A DNA stretch of 55,073 bases, counting the filler, from Blastocystis sp. subtype 4 (taxonomy: Eukaryota), in NCBI RefSeq assembly GCF_000743755.1. It is 2 parts of 2 records of this genome, joined end to end, with 100 filler letters (N's around TTAATTAATTAA, not from the genome) between each part and the next. Parts side by side here need not be neighbours in the genome. Positions count along the whole stretch, not along the records: positions 27,615 to 55,073 come from NW_014569404.1; 1 more part is not named here. One strand, written 5' to 3'. Within the stretch, counting starts at the first letter, position 1; each line of letters begins with the position of its first letter. Of the stretch, positions 53,565 to 55,073 are shown piece after piece. Made by a program: the position numbers and the translations under genes. Under the pieces are notes generated by a model. The model was not told where the DNA came from and made no database searches. It worked only from the letters and a program-made list of their open reading frames with translations.

Positions 53565-54637
53565 ATGGATGACGATAACTACCAACAACAGCAAGATGAG
53601 ATTTGTGCCTTGGAAGCCATTTATGCAGATAAGTTTGTAAAGTGGGTACAGACGGTCTATAACAAAGTAGATTATCTCACAATTCTTTTAAACTACTCAT
53701 TTCTAACGATAAAGGACGTTCAGATTTGGAATTGACCATCCATTACCGAAACACTTATCCTTCATTGGTATATCCCACCTTTGACGTTTATGCTGAATGG
53801 TTATCAGATGAGCAAATCCTCCGTATTAGAGAATCTCTGGTAGTCCTCTTCTTTTGGTCCTAATTTAGATTCAACTATTTGCAGAGAATGTGGGAAGGGT
53901 TATTGTTTATGACTGGGTGGAATGGATTCGAGAGAATGTTCAACCGCATTCTTTATCACCGGATCCTACAGAAGAGAAATCAGAACCAAAGCAATCCAAA
54001 GACGATATTCAGAGTCCTTTATTGCACTCCAAAGCCAATGAGGTTCCTGTTCCTTTACCTGAAAAGGAATATATGGGCGGTATCCATTCCGACGAATTCG
54101 TTATGACTTTAAAATGTGTAGGATCCTCAAGTACCTAAGAAATGTAGCCTAAAGTGTTTTCAGATGAGGCATTTACGGACCGAAAAAGTACTTTCCAAGC
54201 CCATTGTGCTGAAGTCCATTCCGAAACCGAAGTGAAATTAGTACTTCAGTATCTGTATACAAATAACAAGATTCAACGGTCTTATATCTGATTTGCGATT
54301 ATGGATAGAGCCACTCACAATATGTATGCTTATCGCATTTATGACCAAGAACGAGATATTTGGTTTCAAGATAATGATGACGATGGAGAAAGTGCTGCTG
54401 GAAGCCGTATGCTTCATTTGGTAGGGAGAGTAAAATGTTGATCAATTAGATGTTTATGATGGATGTTAAGAATGTTCTTGTTGTTGTGTCACGATGGTGG
54501 GGAGGAATTCTACTAGGTCCAGGTACGGAATGAATTAGATTGATAGAAAGATCGCTTTAAGCACATCAACAATGCTACTCGCAATGTCCTAGAAAAATGC
54601 GGTTTCGTTACTACAGAACATACCAAGAAGAGGAAGT
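53565..54637 (+). CDS. IMPACT: IMPACT/Yih1 protein (RWD + UPF0029); stop predicted as U+AA from the poly(A) tail
   Basis: QQDEICALEAIY, YPS, DRKSTFQAH, HNMYAYR, DDDGESAAG and SRWWGGILLGP. In-frame T|TCAT|TGTTTCTT; the genomic TAA comes only at 54649-54651. Confidence 0.88.
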
Positions 54638-54668
54638 TCATTGTTTCTTAACAAACATAGAGTGCCAC

Positions 54669-55073
54669 TTACAACTTCGGTGCAGGAGCAGGAGCAGGAG
54701 CAGGAGCTGGGGCAGGTGCTGGAGCCGGAGCTGGAGCCGGAGCTGGGGCAGGGGCTGGAGTAGGAGCAGGTACAGGAGCTGGAGCTGGAGCAACAACGGC
54801 TACAGGTGCAGCTGTAACAGGCTTTGCAGTCGTCGGCTTTGTTTTAGCCAGAGATTTCGTTTCTCTGTTCACCATCAGCATAATACCCCAAATAACAAGC
54901 AGGATACCAACAATAATCAGAATGATTCCAAGTACCATGAACAAATCCACCTTGCTCTCAATACAGAAAGAAGTAGGTTTATCCCACTTTGCCAGACCAA
55001 TTCCAGCCTCAACACAAGTACGTGTACTCGTTCCCTTATAACCTTCAATCGTTGTACAATCCAGAGTGTAACT
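54669..55073 (-). CDS. Single-TM protein with Pro-Ala repeat tail, 5' end outside the window
   Basis: TM LFMVLGIILIIVGILLVIWGIMLMV then (PA)n; TGTTTGTT downstream at 54657-54650. Confidence 0.65.
   Translation of the reverse strand, partial: SYTLDCTTIEGYKGTSTRTCVEAGIGLAKWDKPTSFCIESKVDLFMVLGIILIIVGILLVIWGIMLMVNRETKSLAKTKPTTAKPVTAAPVAVVAPAPAPVPAPTPAPAPAPAPAPAPAPAPAPAPAPAPAPKL
54678..54792 (-). repeat. Coding (Pro-Ala)n low-complexity hexamer repeat
   Basis: Plus strand reads degenerate GGAGC[AT] hexamers. Confidence 0.85.

Noticed and set aside
54080..54121. Possible 42-nt GTATCCAT minor intron in IMPACT
   Set aside because: An ordinary 30-nt GT-AG intron (54118-54147) restores the frame.

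Overview
Gene-dense eukaryotic nuclear DNA, almost certainly from the gut stramenopile Blastocystis (apparently a low-GC subtype). Genes are split by many ~24-38 nt GT-AG introns (mode about 30 nt), intergenic spacers are often under 120 nt, and the Blastocystis polyadenylation element TGTTTGTT sits at gene ends. I reconstructed about 30 genes by hand-splicing. Housekeeping and other genes include an MFS transporter, class I HDAC, ARFRP1, a CAMK kinase, a PP4-like phosphatase, Sec23/24-like, cyclophilin B, ribophorin I, RPL7A, legumain, MEMO1, ARL1, an NTE patatin, GUF1 and IMPACT. An artificial 100-nt contig linker at 27515-27614 splits the window, so its two halves may not be adjacent. Highlights: (1) stop codons predicted to be made by polyadenylation (UGA in a GT61 gene, UAA in IMPACT) and back-to-back poly(A) elements shared by convergent genes; (2) a 40-nt AT-AC minor-spliceosome intron; (3) intronless bacterial-type gut-adaptation genes, namely a Helicobacter-like cholesterol alpha-glucosyltransferase and a NanE-ROK kinase fusion; (4) a membrane-anchored S1/P1 nuclease that the ORF track misses; (5) a purine enzyme fused in the order GARS-GART-AIRS; (6) a 2889-aa tail-anchored coiled-coil repeat protein. 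Family calls come from recalled motifs, not database searches. Spliced gene boundaries are manual estimates.
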